Shown here: positions 1 to 9,612 of the stretch, piece after piece
How the letters are laid out: each line of letters begins with the position of its first letter
How positions within the stretch are numbered: the first letter of the stretch is position 1
Assembly: GCA_016873835.1 (NCBI GenBank)
Contig: VGVY01000004.1
Span: 10,157 to 74,156, forward strand
DNA from: Ignavibacteria bacterium
Lineage (GTDB): Bacteria > Bacteroidota > Ignavibacteria > Ignavibacteriales > Melioribacteraceae
Length of the DNA: 64,000 bases
Reading direction: 5' to 3'
The notes under the pieces: model-generated
What the model was told of the DNA's origin: nothing
Database searches by the model: none
What the model saw: the letters and a program-made list of their open reading frames with translations, nothing else
Translations under genes and position numbers: made by a program

Positions 1-2
1 TA

Positions 3-3000
3 TCAAAACGATTCATAGAAATTTTACTAAATGAGGACATTGAAATTGACAATGTTGTTGCAATTACCTTCACTGATAAGGCTGCTGGCGAGTTAAATAA
101 GAAAATAGCTAATGAATTAAATGATAGAATTGAGATTGAAAAGAATTCTGGCGTAATTGAAAAATTAGAAAGAATAAAACGTCAACTCGTTTTTGCAAAT
201 ATTTCCACAATACATTCTTTTTGTGTTGACATTTTAAGAGAATTTTCTCCTGATGCAAACATAGACGCCAATTTTATACCAATAGACTCCGATACTTCCG
301 GTGATTTGATTGAACTTTCAGTTGATGAAGCCATCACTTCTTTACTTAATTCTTCCAGCGATTCAGAAGCAATTAAATATTTATTTCGCCTATTAGGATC
401 AAAAAATAAAGTTGTAACTGTTATTCAAAATAGCATTGAGCATCGGAGAAATATTGAAAATATGTTTGAAAGAATTTATCAATTCGATGTTCAAGCTATT
501 GCTAATAATTTAAATGAAATAGAAGAAAAATATAATAACGCTTTATTCATTAAGATAATAAATGAGGTAATTCAAAAAATTGAATTGATCAATAACAAAG
601 TTCTTGAATGGGAGCCGACGAATGAGATTGGACAAAAAATAAGTAGTATTGTAAAAAATATTTCCTCTGACACAAGATTAGAAGATATCGTTCAAAAAGC
701 GAACGAATTATTTGAGCTGATTATGACATCAGGTTCAAGTAAAACAATTAGAAAAGTTAAATATTTAGGTAAAAGAGGAGATGAAATAAAATTACAAATT
801 AATGATCTTGAAAATTCATTTGATGAGTTAAAGAATATTTTGACAGCTGATTATTCAGAAAAAGCTACTCTTGAGTTGGCATACTTTGGTAAATGTTTTT
901 GTATGGTGTTTCAGAAAGCTAAAGATTTATATTCGGTCAAAAAGAAGCAGCACGGCTATTTAGATTATGAAGATCTCTTATTGTTTGTTCTTAAAATTAT
1001 TGACAAACAAGATGTTATCAAATTCTTAAGAAAGAAGTATAAATATATTATGATTGATGAATATCAAGATACTGATGAATTACAATATAAAATCTTTATG
1101 CCAATTCTTGATTATTTGAAACATGGAAATTTATTTGTTGTTGGTGATGAAAAGCAAAGTATTTATATGTTCCGAGATGCAGAGCTAGCTGTGTTTAATG
1201 AAACTAAAGAACAAGTAAAAAATGATCAGCAAGATGGAAAAATCTTGTATTTGCCACATAGTTTTAGAATGTCACCAAATATTGTATTGTTTGTTAACAG
1301 ACTATTTAAGAAGCTTTTTGAGAAACCAAACTCCTTATTCAATGAAGTTAGCTACAGCGATTTGATTTGTGCTGTTGATCCAAATGAAAAGGGAACTGTT
1401 GAGTTTTTAATTTCCGATGATGACGATGAAAATTCTGAAGTTTCTAACATTGGAAATAAAATAATTGAGCTTGTTAATACCAATCAAGTAAAATTCAACG
1501 AAATTGGAATTCTTTGTAGAAAGAGGAAATTTTTTGCTGACCTAGAAAATCATTTTTCAGAAATAAATATTCCATTTATCGTAGTTGGCGGTAAAGGTTT
1601 TTACCAAAGGCAAGCTGTTTACGATATTTTCAATTATCTCTCTTTTATTATAAATAATGATGATAACAAAGCTCTTGTTGGAATATTGCGTGCACCATTT
1701 TTTCTATTGTCAGATAAACAACTTCTACTAATATCTCTCGAAGAAGGGAAAACTTTTTATTCGAAACTAAAAAGTTATTGTTATAAAAATGACTTAAGTA
1801 AAATTATTGATACGTTAGAAAGACACATTAAATTATCAAATAGTCTGGAGTTATATTCTTTACTCCGTATAATACTAAATGAATCGGGTTATTGGGCAGT
1901 TGCGGCTTCTAAAAAAAATGCAGAACAAGAAATTGCCAACCTCGAAAAGTTGATTTCAATTGCCCGTAATTTTTCAACAAGAAGTTTCAAAACACTATTT
2001 GATTTTATTCTATTTCTTAAGGATTCGATTGAGCTATCTGACGACGAAGGACAAGCTCAAGTTTCAGAAGAAAAAAATGCGGTTAATCTATTGACTATCC
2101 ATCAAGCTAAAGGAATGGAATACAAATGTGTTTTCTTGTTTAAATGTAATGAAGCTGAAAGAGAAGATTCTGTAAAAGCCAAGACTATTATGTTCGATAA
2201 AAATTTTGGATTGTTGACAAAAGTGCATCTTGATAAAAAATATTTTTCAAAACCGGTTACTCCCTCACTTGTTGCATATTATAATTATATCAACAAAAAG
2301 AAAGAAAATGCAGAATTTAAAAGACTTTTGTATGTAGCATTAACAAGGGCAATGAAATACTTATACATAACTGCTACTTTAAATTCCGGTAAGGTAAATA
2401 ATAACACGTTTTTACATCTTATTTCAAAAGGAATAAGCACAAATTATGATGTAGATAAAATTTTGTTTATTGATAAAACGGAATTTATGAGCAAGGTTAA
2501 TAATAAATATGATTTTTTCTCTCAAATAATTTCAATTGAGATTTTGGTTTCAAAAAAAGTAAAAAACGTAAATATAATTGTAAATGAATCACTTATAATC
2601 GATCAACCTAAAAAATATTTACTTGAACGAATTGAGGATCGTGCAAAAAAAGAAATTATCTCAGCCACAAAAATATCGATGTATAATCAATGCCCGGTTA
2701 AATACCAGTTAACTTATGAAATTGGTTTTTCTACTTTGCTTGACTTTATGAAAAATGATAACAAACTATATGAATTTAATGACAAAGAAGATGTTGATTT
2801 AAAATTATTTGCTGCTTTAAAAGGGAAAGTAATTCATGCTTTATTAAAAGAAAATGTAACAATTGAGAACTTAGAATTTAGTATTGATAAACATATTAAC
2901 TATGAAAATCTTTCAGAACATGAAAAAGCTAAGCTTGCCAGAAATATTAAAATGCTTATGGAATTATACCTAAATTCAAAAAGTTATTTATTGATTTCAG

Positions 3001-3425
3001 ATTTTAATAATTACAAAAATGAATATGAAATATATTGTGAAGAAGGCGAACATTACCTTTATGGTATTATTGATAAAGTTATTTTTAATAATAATAAAAT
3101 AGTTGTTATTGACTATAAAACTGATTCTATTAATAAAGATGAAATATCAATTCGTTCGGAATCTTATTACCCTCAATTGAAATTCTACGCATATTTGTTA
3201 TCGAGATTATATCCTGAAATATCAGATTTTGAAATTCAACTGTTATTTTTATATCATCCAGATATTTTAATTTCACAGCAAGTTTCAAAAGAAGGTCTGA
3301 GTGATTTTAAGGCTGAATTAAATGAAGCAATTAGAAAAATACATAATAGTACTTTTTCAAAAAATTATAATCATTGTTCTAAATGTCAATTTAGTATAGA
3401 GGGGAACAAATGCGTATTACCATAA
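3..3425 (+). CDS. UvrD/AddA-type ATP-dependent helicase with C-terminal PD-(D/E)XK nuclease domain (5-prime end outside window)
   Basis: The frame is open from the window edge. Upstream of the listed TTG it reads AITFTDKAAGEL and ISTIHSFC. Further UvrD-family motifs follow: IMIDEYQDTD, VGDEKQSIYMFRDA, LPHSFRM, TIHQAKGMEY, LLYVALTRA. The C-terminus has RecB-like nuclease motifs (GIIDKV..VVIDYKTD, QLKFYAYLL) plus Cys residues at QCPVKY and CSKCQFSIEGNKC. Confidence 0.85.
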   Translation, partial: SKRFIEILLNEDIEIDNVVAITFTDKAAGELNKKIANELNDRIEIEKNSGVIEKLERIKRQLVFANISTIHSFCVDILREFSPDANIDANFIPIDSDTSGDLIELSVDEAITSLLNSSSDSEAIKYLFRLLGSKNKVVTVIQNSIEHRRNIENMFERIYQFDVQAIANNLNEIEEKYNNALFIKIINEVIQKIELINNKVLEWEPTNEIGQKISSIVKNISSDTRLEDIVQKANELFELIMTSGSSKTIRKVKYLGKRGDEIKLQINDLENSFDELKNILTADYSEKATLELAYFGKCFCMVFQKAKDLYSVKKKQHGYLDYEDLLLFVLKIIDKQDVIKFLRKKYKYIMIDEYQDTDELQYKIFMPILDYLKHGNLFVVGDEKQSIYMFRDAELAVFNETKEQVKNDQQDGKILYLPHSFRMSPNIVLFVNRLFKKLFEKPNSLFNEVSYSDLICAVDPNEKGTVEFLISDDDDENSEVSNIGNKIIELVNTNQVKFNEIGILCRKRKFFADLENHFSEINIPFIVVGGKGFYQRQAVYDIFNYLSFIINNDDNKALVGILRAPFFLLSDKQLLLISLEEGKTFYSKLKSYCYKNDLSKIIDTLERHIKLSNSLELYSLLRIILNESGYWAVAASKKNAEQEIANLEKLISIARNFSTRSFKTLFDFILFLKDSIELSDDEGQAQVSEEKNAVNLLTIHQAKGMEYKCVFLFKCNEAEREDSVKAKTIMFDKNFGLLTKVHLDKKYFSKPVTPSLVAYYNYINKKKENAEFKRLLYVALTRAMKYLYITATLNSGKVNNNTFLHLISKGISTNYDVDKILFIDKTEFMSKVNNKYDFFSQIISIEILVSKKVKNVNIIVNESLIIDQPKKYLLERIEDRAKKEIISATKISMYNQCPVKYQLTYEIGFSTLLDFMKNDNKLYEFNDKEDVDLKLFAALKGKVIHALLKENVTIENLEFSIDKHINYENLSEHEKAKLARNIKMLMELYLNSKSYLLISDFNNYKNEYEIYCEEGEHYLYGIIDKVIFNNNKIVVIDYKTDSINKDEISIRSESYYPQLKFYAYLLSRLYPEISDFEIQLLFLYHPDILISQQVSKEGLSDFKAELNEAIRKIHNSTFSKNYNHCSKCQFSIEGNKCVLP

Positions 3426-4519
3426 AACAACTATTACTATTGAAAAGAAAGTTTAATGAATTAAAAGGTAGTCTATTTTTAATGGGAGTGTTAATTTTAG
3501 CTTTTACCAGCTGCACATCCATTAACGTTCCACTTTATGATATTCCACCTGATTTAAAGGTTGATACATTAAAATTAAAAACGATCAGTAGTTTTTCAGA
3601 ATATTTAAAAGGAAAGAAAATTTTTTTGGATCCAGGACACGGTGGAGAAGATAGAAAAAATTCAAACCGCGCCGGCAATGTTATTGAAGCTGACGTAAAC
3701 CTTAGGGTTGCCCTGAATTTGAGAAACTACTTAATTGATGCTGGAGCTCAAGTTGTTATTTCACGAGATATTGATAAAACAGTCCAGCTTGCATATCGAT
3801 CGGTCCTTGCAGACAGCAGCGGTGCGGATTTATTTGTAAGTATTCACCATAATGCACCGGCAAAATGGGAGGATGACTGGACAAACTATACTTCAACTTA
3901 TTATCATGCAAAAGAAACTGATTATGAATATGAACCATCCGAAAGAGATGTTGCAAGATATATTCAAAGAGATCTTTCATATGTTATGGGTAATCCAGGC
4001 GGATTAGGTTCTTTTGATGGAACATATTCAGACTACTTAATTTATCCTGGACAAGGATTTTCAGTTTTGCGCCGAACAAAAATTCCAGCAGTTCTTGTTG
4101 AATGTGCATTTCATACAAGCCATTTTGAAGAGTTGAGATTGAATGACGAAATATTTAATGAAATACAAGCTTGGGGCATTTTTAGAGGACTGGGTAAATA
4201 TTATAGAAATGGAATTCCTCAAATTAATTTTATACCGGACAGTTCAAAAGTTGACTGTAAAAAAATTTCTCTACTTTTCAATTTGTCTGATACTAGCGGA
4301 ATAAATTGGAGATCTGTTCAAGTATTTTTGAATAAAGAGGAAATCGGTTACGAAGTGACGAAGGATAAAAATATATTAAAAGTTGTATTTGATAATTCCG
4401 GAACTCAAAAAAATATTATTAGAATTATTTGCGCAAATAAAAATGGGAACCATTCCCTTCCTTATCATAAACAAATTGAAATAAATGATTCCCGAATTAT
4501 TTTGAATGAATTAAATTAA
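3410..4519 (+). CDS. N-acetylmuramoyl-L-alanine amidase (Amidase_3 type), probably exported or a lipoprotein
   Basis: Zinc-amidase motifs LDPGHGGED, VSIHHNA and VECAFHTS. There is an N-terminal hydrophobic segment ending LAFTSC. The start could alternatively be the internal Met at MGVLIL. Confidence 0.85.
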   Translation: MRITIKQLLLLKRKFNELKGSLFLMGVLILAFTSCTSINVPLYDIPPDLKVDTLKLKTISSFSEYLKGKKIFLDPGHGGEDRKNSNRAGNVIEADVNLRVALNLRNYLIDAGAQVVISRDIDKTVQLAYRSVLADSSGADLFVSIHHNAPAKWEDDWTNYTSTYYHAKETDYEYEPSERDVARYIQRDLSYVMGNPGGLGSFDGTYSDYLIYPGQGFSVLRRTKIPAVLVECAFHTSHFEELRLNDEIFNEIQAWGIFRGLGKYYRNGIPQINFIPDSSKVDCKKISLLFNLSDTSGINWRSVQVFLNKEEIGYEVTKDKNILKVVFDNSGTQKNIIRIICANKNGNHSLPYHKQIEINDSRIILNELN

Positions 4520-5868
4520 TTAACGGATAAAATCTTTTTATCTCGTCTTTCGGTCACATATTTAAATACGAACAAAGCTATTGCTGCAATTAAACCAATC
4601 GCTAAGAAATAATACCATATCATGTGTGCATCTTGATAATACGATGCTTTCTGCAATTCAGTTAAACCAGAGGGCAAAGTTTTTGGATCCGGACAATATG
4701 CATCAAGTAAAAAGCCGGACATAATAAAACCAGAAAGCGCAGAAAAGAAAGAATGTAAATGGCTGAATCCAAGATAAAGTCCCTCTTCTCCTTTTGGTGC
4801 TTGAAGAGAAAAATATTCCAGAAAACGCGGTGAAATAAAACATTCAGCTAATCCTTGAATACCAATTCCTAAAATCATCATTACGGTTAATGGATGTAAA
4901 GAAAACCATCCTAAAATTGAAACAGCATCACCGGTAATGCTTTCTAAAGTTTGACTTCCAGCCATTGCTAATGCTGAAAATGGCATTAATATCATTCCTA
5001 CCAACATTGATGTAACTGCTTTTCTTTTTTTCATTAGCTGTGTTACAAGAACAACAAAAAGCACAACCACTGCTGGATTAACGTTTGCCAACCATTCCGG
5101 TTTTGCCGATTCTCCAAGTAACCTTATTACATACTTTGGCATTGTAGCGTAAAGTTGATGTTGAATAATCCAAAAACCAGTTACAATTATTATTAAAAGT
5201 ATCAATCGTGGAGTTGTAAAAATTCTTTTAAGTGATTTTGTTACATCTGAAATAGATTTGCTCTCATGACTTGAATTAGTTTGCTTAAAAAAGAATATTG
5301 CAAATAATAATGCAAGAAACGACATTGCCGATGAAAAGAAATTTACATATTCTAATCCAATTCCTTGGCGTATGAATGGGACAAAAGTTTTTCCGCTGAA
5401 TGCTCCAATATTCACTACCCAGTAAAACAAAGCATAACCTCTCGCACGATTATCTTCATTTGTGGTTTTAGCAACTGTTCCGGTTATTAAGGGTTTTATA
5501 AAGGAACCGCCAACCATGGCAATAATTAGAAATAATATTACTAACAATTTTGAGTGGAATACGCCAAGTAAAAAGTATCCTATCGTAAGTAAAGTAAATG
5601 CAAGGATTAGACCATTCTTGAAACCTATTTTATCAGATATTGCCCCTACAAAAGGGGGAAGAAAATACAATCCAGCGAAAAATATTCCAGCAACAATTCC
5701 GGTTTCTTTATCATTAAATCCAACTATATCTGTCAAATAAAGAGTTAGGACTATAAAAAATCCATAATAGGCGGCTCGCTCACAAAGCTCCATGAAATTG
5801 GCTAACCAAAAATCCTTTGGAAATTTCCAGCTCTGTTTTTCTGATTTAACTTCTTTCTTTGATGTCAT
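4516..5868 (-). CDS. Proton-dependent oligopeptide transporter (POT/PTR2 family MFS)
   Basis: 450 aa and polytopic. The N-terminal POT signature ExxERxxYYG is present as FMELCERAAYYGFF. Confidence 0.85.
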   Translation of the reverse strand: MTSKKEVKSEKQSWKFPKDFWLANFMELCERAAYYGFFIVLTLYLTDIVGFNDKETGIVAGIFFAGLYFLPPFVGAISDKIGFKNGLILAFTLLTIGYFLLGVFHSKLLVILFLIIAMVGGSFIKPLITGTVAKTTNEDNRARGYALFYWVVNIGAFSGKTFVPFIRQGIGLEYVNFFSSAMSFLALLFAIFFFKQTNSSHESKSISDVTKSLKRIFTTPRLILLIIIVTGFWIIQHQLYATMPKYVIRLLGESAKPEWLANVNPAVVVLFVVLVTQLMKKRKAVTSMLVGMILMPFSALAMAGSQTLESITGDAVSILGWFSLHPLTVMMILGIGIQGLAECFISPRFLEYFSLQAPKGEEGLYLGFSHLHSFFSALSGFIMSGFLLDAYCPDPKTLPSGLTELQKASYYQDAHMIWYYFLAIGLIAAIALFVFKYVTERRDKKILSVN

Positions 5869-6013
5869 TAGTATCCTTAATTGTTAAAAATTTTTTGCAA
5901 ATTAGAAAATTGTGGATTGAATAAAAAATGTGAGATTAATTTTATATGTTTGCACGTTGTCTTTGATATGGCAAAAATATTTTTTAATTGAACTGAAGTT
6001 AATTGAGGTAAAT

Positions 6014-7030
6014 ATGAAGATTTATTCTAAGGAAGATTTAAACAATTATCCTTTATCATTAACATATGATGATGTAAGCCTTATTCCGCTTGAGATTTCA
6101 CAAGTTAAAACGCGTAGTGAGATAAGTACAAAATCTCACTTTCTTGGATTTGATCTTTCTGTGCCGATTATTGCAAGTCCAATGGATACTGTAACCGGAA
6201 TTGAGATGGCGAAAGAATTAAATAACCTTGGTTGTGTTGGAATAGTTAATCGTTTTGATTCTTCTTTGAATGAACTATTTAAAAATGGAAAAGCACAAGA
6301 AGGTATTACAGCTGTGTCAGTTAGTCTTACAGCTGAAGAAAAATTAATTTCGAAAACTGCTGAAAGCAATTTGATAATTTGTATTGATACTGCTAATGCC
6401 AATAATGCTTTTGTACTTAAAAAGTGTGAAGAAATAAAATCAAAATACAATGTAAAGGTTATTGTAGGTAATATTGCACATGGTTCTACGTTAAAACAAT
6501 TAGTAAATGCTGGAGCTGATGCTGTTAGGATTGGGATTGGAGGAGGAAGTGTTTGTACAACTTCTGTTCAAACTGGCATTGGAATCGGGCAAGTATCATC
6601 TATTATAGATACATATTTTGAAAAGTTAAATCAGAAACTTGATATTAAATTAATTGCAGATGGCGGAATAAAAAGTCCAGGAGATGTTGCAAAAGCTCTT
6701 GCATGCGGTGCAGATGTTGTAATGCTTGGACGAATGCTTGCCGGTACCAAAGAAACTCCAGGTGAAGTAATAAAATATAATGATCAACTTTGGAAGAAGT
6801 ACAGAGGATCTGCTTCATTCGGTGTTAAAATGAAAAATGAATTTATTGAAGGGGAAGAAACACTAGTGCCATATAAAGGCGCTGTAAAAAATGTAGTGAA
6901 TGGAATTTCTGATGGATTACGAAGTACAATGAGTTATCTTAACTGTAACTCGCTTGAAGATTTAAATCAATTAAATAATTATGCAGTACTAAGTACAAGT
7001 TCATATTTAGAAAGACTTCCAAGAAAATAA
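6014..7030 (+). CDS. IMP dehydrogenase/GMP reductase family oxidoreductase without CBS insert (GMP-reductase-like)
   Basis: TIM-barrel IMPDH/GMPR motifs: IASPMDTV, the active-site loop IGIGGGSVCTTS, and IADGGIKSPGDVAKALACGADVVMLG. I place the start at ATG 6014 (MKIYSKEDL). The listed 5930 start would add a hydrophobic non-homologous extension. Confidence 0.8.
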   Translation: MKIYSKEDLNNYPLSLTYDDVSLIPLEISQVKTRSEISTKSHFLGFDLSVPIIASPMDTVTGIEMAKELNNLGCVGIVNRFDSSLNELFKNGKAQEGITAVSVSLTAEEKLISKTAESNLIICIDTANANNAFVLKKCEEIKSKYNVKVIVGNIAHGSTLKQLVNAGADAVRIGIGGGSVCTTSVQTGIGIGQVSSIIDTYFEKLNQKLDIKLIADGGIKSPGDVAKALACGADVVMLGRMLAGTKETPGEVIKYNDQLWKKYRGSASFGVKMKNEFIEGEETLVPYKGAVKNVVNGISDGLRSTMSYLNCNSLEDLNQLNNYAVLSTSSYLERLPRK

Positions 7031-7043
7031 ATCAATTAATTTA

Positions 7044-7071
7044 ACCTCGAAAGTTTTTTCGCTTTCGAGGT
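7044..7071. terminator. Bidirectional rho-independent-type hairpin between convergent genes
   Basis: Perfect 10-bp stem ACCTCGAAAG (7044-7053) / CTTTCGAGGT (7062-7071) with an 8-nt T-rich loop. It lies between the stop at 7030 (+) and the stop at 7079 (-). Confidence 0.6.
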
Positions 7072-7078
7072 CTTTCCA

Positions 7079-9301
7079 CTAAATTTTCTTTCCTTTTAAT
7101 CTTAGCGAATTTGTTACGACAGAAACCGAACTTAATGACATCGCAAATGCTGCAATCATTGGATTCAACATTCCAAATGCTGCAAGAGGAATTAGTATAA
7201 TATTATAAACAAATGCCCAAAACAAATTTTGTTTTATTGTCTGCAATGTTTTTTTAGAAAGATTTATTGCTTTAACAACACCGCGCAAATCTCCTTTAAC
7301 TAATGTTATTTGTGAAGATTCAATTGCCACATCTGTTCCGGTACCAATTGCTATACCTACATCAGCTTGAGCTAAAGCTGGGGCATCATTAATACCGTCT
7401 CCTACCATTCCAATTACTCTGCCTTCAGATTGAAATTGCTTAACAATTTCCGATTTGTCTTGTGGATATACATCAGCCCTAAATTCTTTGAGCCCAACTT
7501 TTTCAGCAATAAATAGAGCTGCATTTTTATTGTCGCCAGTTATCATAACCGGTCTAATATTCATTTTTTTTAGATTTTCAATTGCATCATTCGAACCAAT
7601 TTTTAATTTATCTTCTATTATTATCAATCCTTTCAGTTCACCGTTAATAGCGACATAAATTACAGTTTTGCCTTGTGCCGAAAAATAGTTAAAACTATCC
7701 TCAGCTATCTCTGTTTTTATGGAAGAATTTTGAAGAAAACTTTTTTTGCCAATAAGTACTTTTTCGTTGTTGACTTGTCCATCAATTCCAAATCCTGAAT
7801 GACTTTGAAATGATGAAGGTTCTAAAACTTCAATTTTTAGTGTCTTAGCTTTTTCCTCAACTGCATGAGCCAGTGGATGTTCAGATTTCGATTCAAGTGA
7901 TGCAGCATATTTTATTAATTCACTTTCATCATAATTAAACGTAATAATTTGTGATACTTCCGGTTTGCCTTCGGTTATGGTTCCAGTTTTATCTATTACA
8001 ATTGTATCTATTTTAAGTGCAATTTCTAAACTCTCGCCATTTCTAATTAAAATTCCATTAGAAGCACCAAGCCCAGTTCCAACCATAATTGCAGTTGGAG
8101 TTGCTAAGCCTAAAGCACACGGACATGCAATTATTAGAACAGCTACAAAATTTATTAAAGCAGTAGAAAAAGAGTTTTCTGATGATAAGACCAACCAGCT
8201 AATGAAAGTAATTATCGCAATAACAATAACAATTGGAACAAATACCGAAGCAATTTTATCAACCAATTTTTGAATTGGCGGCTTTGTTGATTGTGCATTT
8301 TCAACTAATCTAATAACCTGACCTAAGACTGAATTATCGCCTACCTTTGTCACTTTAAAATTGAACGAGCCATTATTATTAATTGTACCACCTATAACAT
8401 CTGAACCAGCTTCTTTGTCTACTGGAATACTTTCTCCAGTGAGCATCGATTCATTTACAGATGAAATGCCAGAAATGATTATACCATCTGCTGGAATGTT
8501 TTCGCCTGGTTTGATTATAACTATATCATCAATCGATAATGCAGAAATATCTTTCTGTATTTCATTACCATTAACCAATACATTTGCATTTTTTGGTTTC
8601 AGCTCGAGTAATTTCTTAATAGCACCAGCAGTTTTATTTTTAGCCTTATGTTCAAAAATTTTTCCCATCAAAATTAAAGTAATTATTACTGCGGCAGTTT
8701 CATAATAAACATGAATTTCATTTGCAGAAATTGAGAGAAGCTCTGGGAAAAGTGTTGCTAGTATGCTGTAGCCATAAGCAGCCCCAGTTCCAATTGCAAC
8801 GAGTGAATTCATTTCAGCTGAATAATGGAGTAGATTATTCCAAAAAATTTTGAAAAATCTCTTACCAGAAATAAATATTACTGGTGTTGTAAGAATTAGT
8901 AAAAGATTTCTCGTTTGATTGCCGGATAACCACCAAAAGTTATTAAAGAATTCGTATTCCATTAACATACTTAATAAAAAGATTGGAACTGTTAGTATGA
9001 GAGCAAATACAAATTCAAATTTTAGCTGAGAATAAAATGTATCTTTTTCCTCATTTATAAAAGTCTTTTCGTTTGTATTTGATTTTTGATTCAACTTTAG
9101 TTCATAACCATATTCTTTGATGGCAGCTGCAATTTCTGATAGGTTCCTTTTTTCATCTTCCATTTCGAAACTAACTTTTTCTGTCGCAAGATTTACAGAT
9201 ACGTTTTTTATACCATCAAATTTTGAAATAACTTTTTCAACTCGGGTTACACAACTCGCGCAAGTCATGCCTTCAATTTTTAAATCATATTTGAATGACA
9301 T
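7079..9301 (-). CDS. copA: Copper-translocating P1B-type ATPase
   Basis: N-terminal HMA domain GMTCASCV, transmembrane CPC motif (IACPCALGLATP), DKTGTIT phosphorylation site, TGDN and GDGINDAP. Confidence 0.95.
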   Translation of the reverse strand: MSFKYDLKIEGMTCASCVTRVEKVISKFDGIKNVSVNLATEKVSFEMEDEKRNLSEIAAAIKEYGYELKLNQKSNTNEKTFINEEKDTFYSQLKFEFVFALILTVPIFLLSMLMEYEFFNNFWWLSGNQTRNLLLILTTPVIFISGKRFFKIFWNNLLHYSAEMNSLVAIGTGAAYGYSILATLFPELLSISANEIHVYYETAAVIITLILMGKIFEHKAKNKTAGAIKKLLELKPKNANVLVNGNEIQKDISALSIDDIVIIKPGENIPADGIIISGISSVNESMLTGESIPVDKEAGSDVIGGTINNNGSFNFKVTKVGDNSVLGQVIRLVENAQSTKPPIQKLVDKIASVFVPIVIVIAIITFISWLVLSSENSFSTALINFVAVLIIACPCALGLATPTAIMVGTGLGASNGILIRNGESLEIALKIDTIVIDKTGTITEGKPEVSQIITFNYDESELIKYAASLESKSEHPLAHAVEEKAKTLKIEVLEPSSFQSHSGFGIDGQVNNEKVLIGKKSFLQNSSIKTEIAEDSFNYFSAQGKTVIYVAINGELKGLIIIEDKLKIGSNDAIENLKKMNIRPVMITGDNKNAALFIAEKVGLKEFRADVYPQDKSEIVKQFQSEGRVIGMVGDGINDAPALAQADVGIAIGTGTDVAIESSQITLVKGDLRGVVKAINLSKKTLQTIKQNLFWAFVYNIILIPLAAFGMLNPMIAAFAMSLSSVSVVTNSLRLKGKKI

Positions 9302-9303
9302 TT

Positions 9304-9507
9304 CTAATCCTTTTTAACTTTATAACCAGCTTCTTCTATTGCAGATATAATTTGCTGTTCCGTTATGGTTGATTCATTAAATGTGATAATTGCCGATCCA
9401 ATCTGCACATTTGAATCTACTAAGTTTATTTTACTTAGTTCATTTTTTATTGCCATTACACAATGATTGCAACTCATGCTCTCGATTATGAATTCTTTTG
9501 TTTTCAT
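9304..9507 (-). CDS. copZ: Copper chaperone, HMA domain protein
   Basis: 67 aa with MSCNHCV metal-binding motif. It lies 2 nt upstream of copA on the same strand. Confidence 0.85.
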   Translation of the reverse strand: MKTKEFIIESMSCNHCVMAIKNELSKINLVDSNVQIGSAIITFNESTITEQQIISAIEEAGYKVKKD

Positions 9508-9524
9508 TTATTCACCTTTATTGT

Positions 9525-9554
9525 TGTGATTTCATGCTTAACATATAAATCACA
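9525..9554 (-). promoter_or_regulatory. Candidate operator upstream of copZ-copA (inverted repeat)
   Basis: TGTGATTT (9525-9532) and AAATCACA (9547-9554) form an 8-bp perfect inverted repeat with a 14-nt spacer, inside the 105-bp gap between the regulator gene and copZ. An ACAATTT direct repeat lies at 9554-9560 and 9572-9578. Confidence 0.25.
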
Positions 9555-9612
9555 CAATTTAAATGCGTTATACAATTTTGGAAAAAAGTTATAAAATTTT
9601 CATTAGGAGAGA

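Noticed and set aside
5930-6013. Upstream extension of the IMPDH/GMPR-family ORF (GTG at 5930)
   Set aside because: The extra 28 residues are hydrophobic and non-homologous to the family. The ATG at 6014 gives a normal N-terminus (MKIYSKEDL).
7455-9317. Four plus-strand ORFs (66-114 aa) antisense to copA
   Set aside because: All lie inside the copA coding region on the opposite strand. Their products are hydrophobic low-complexity mirror translations with no independent support.
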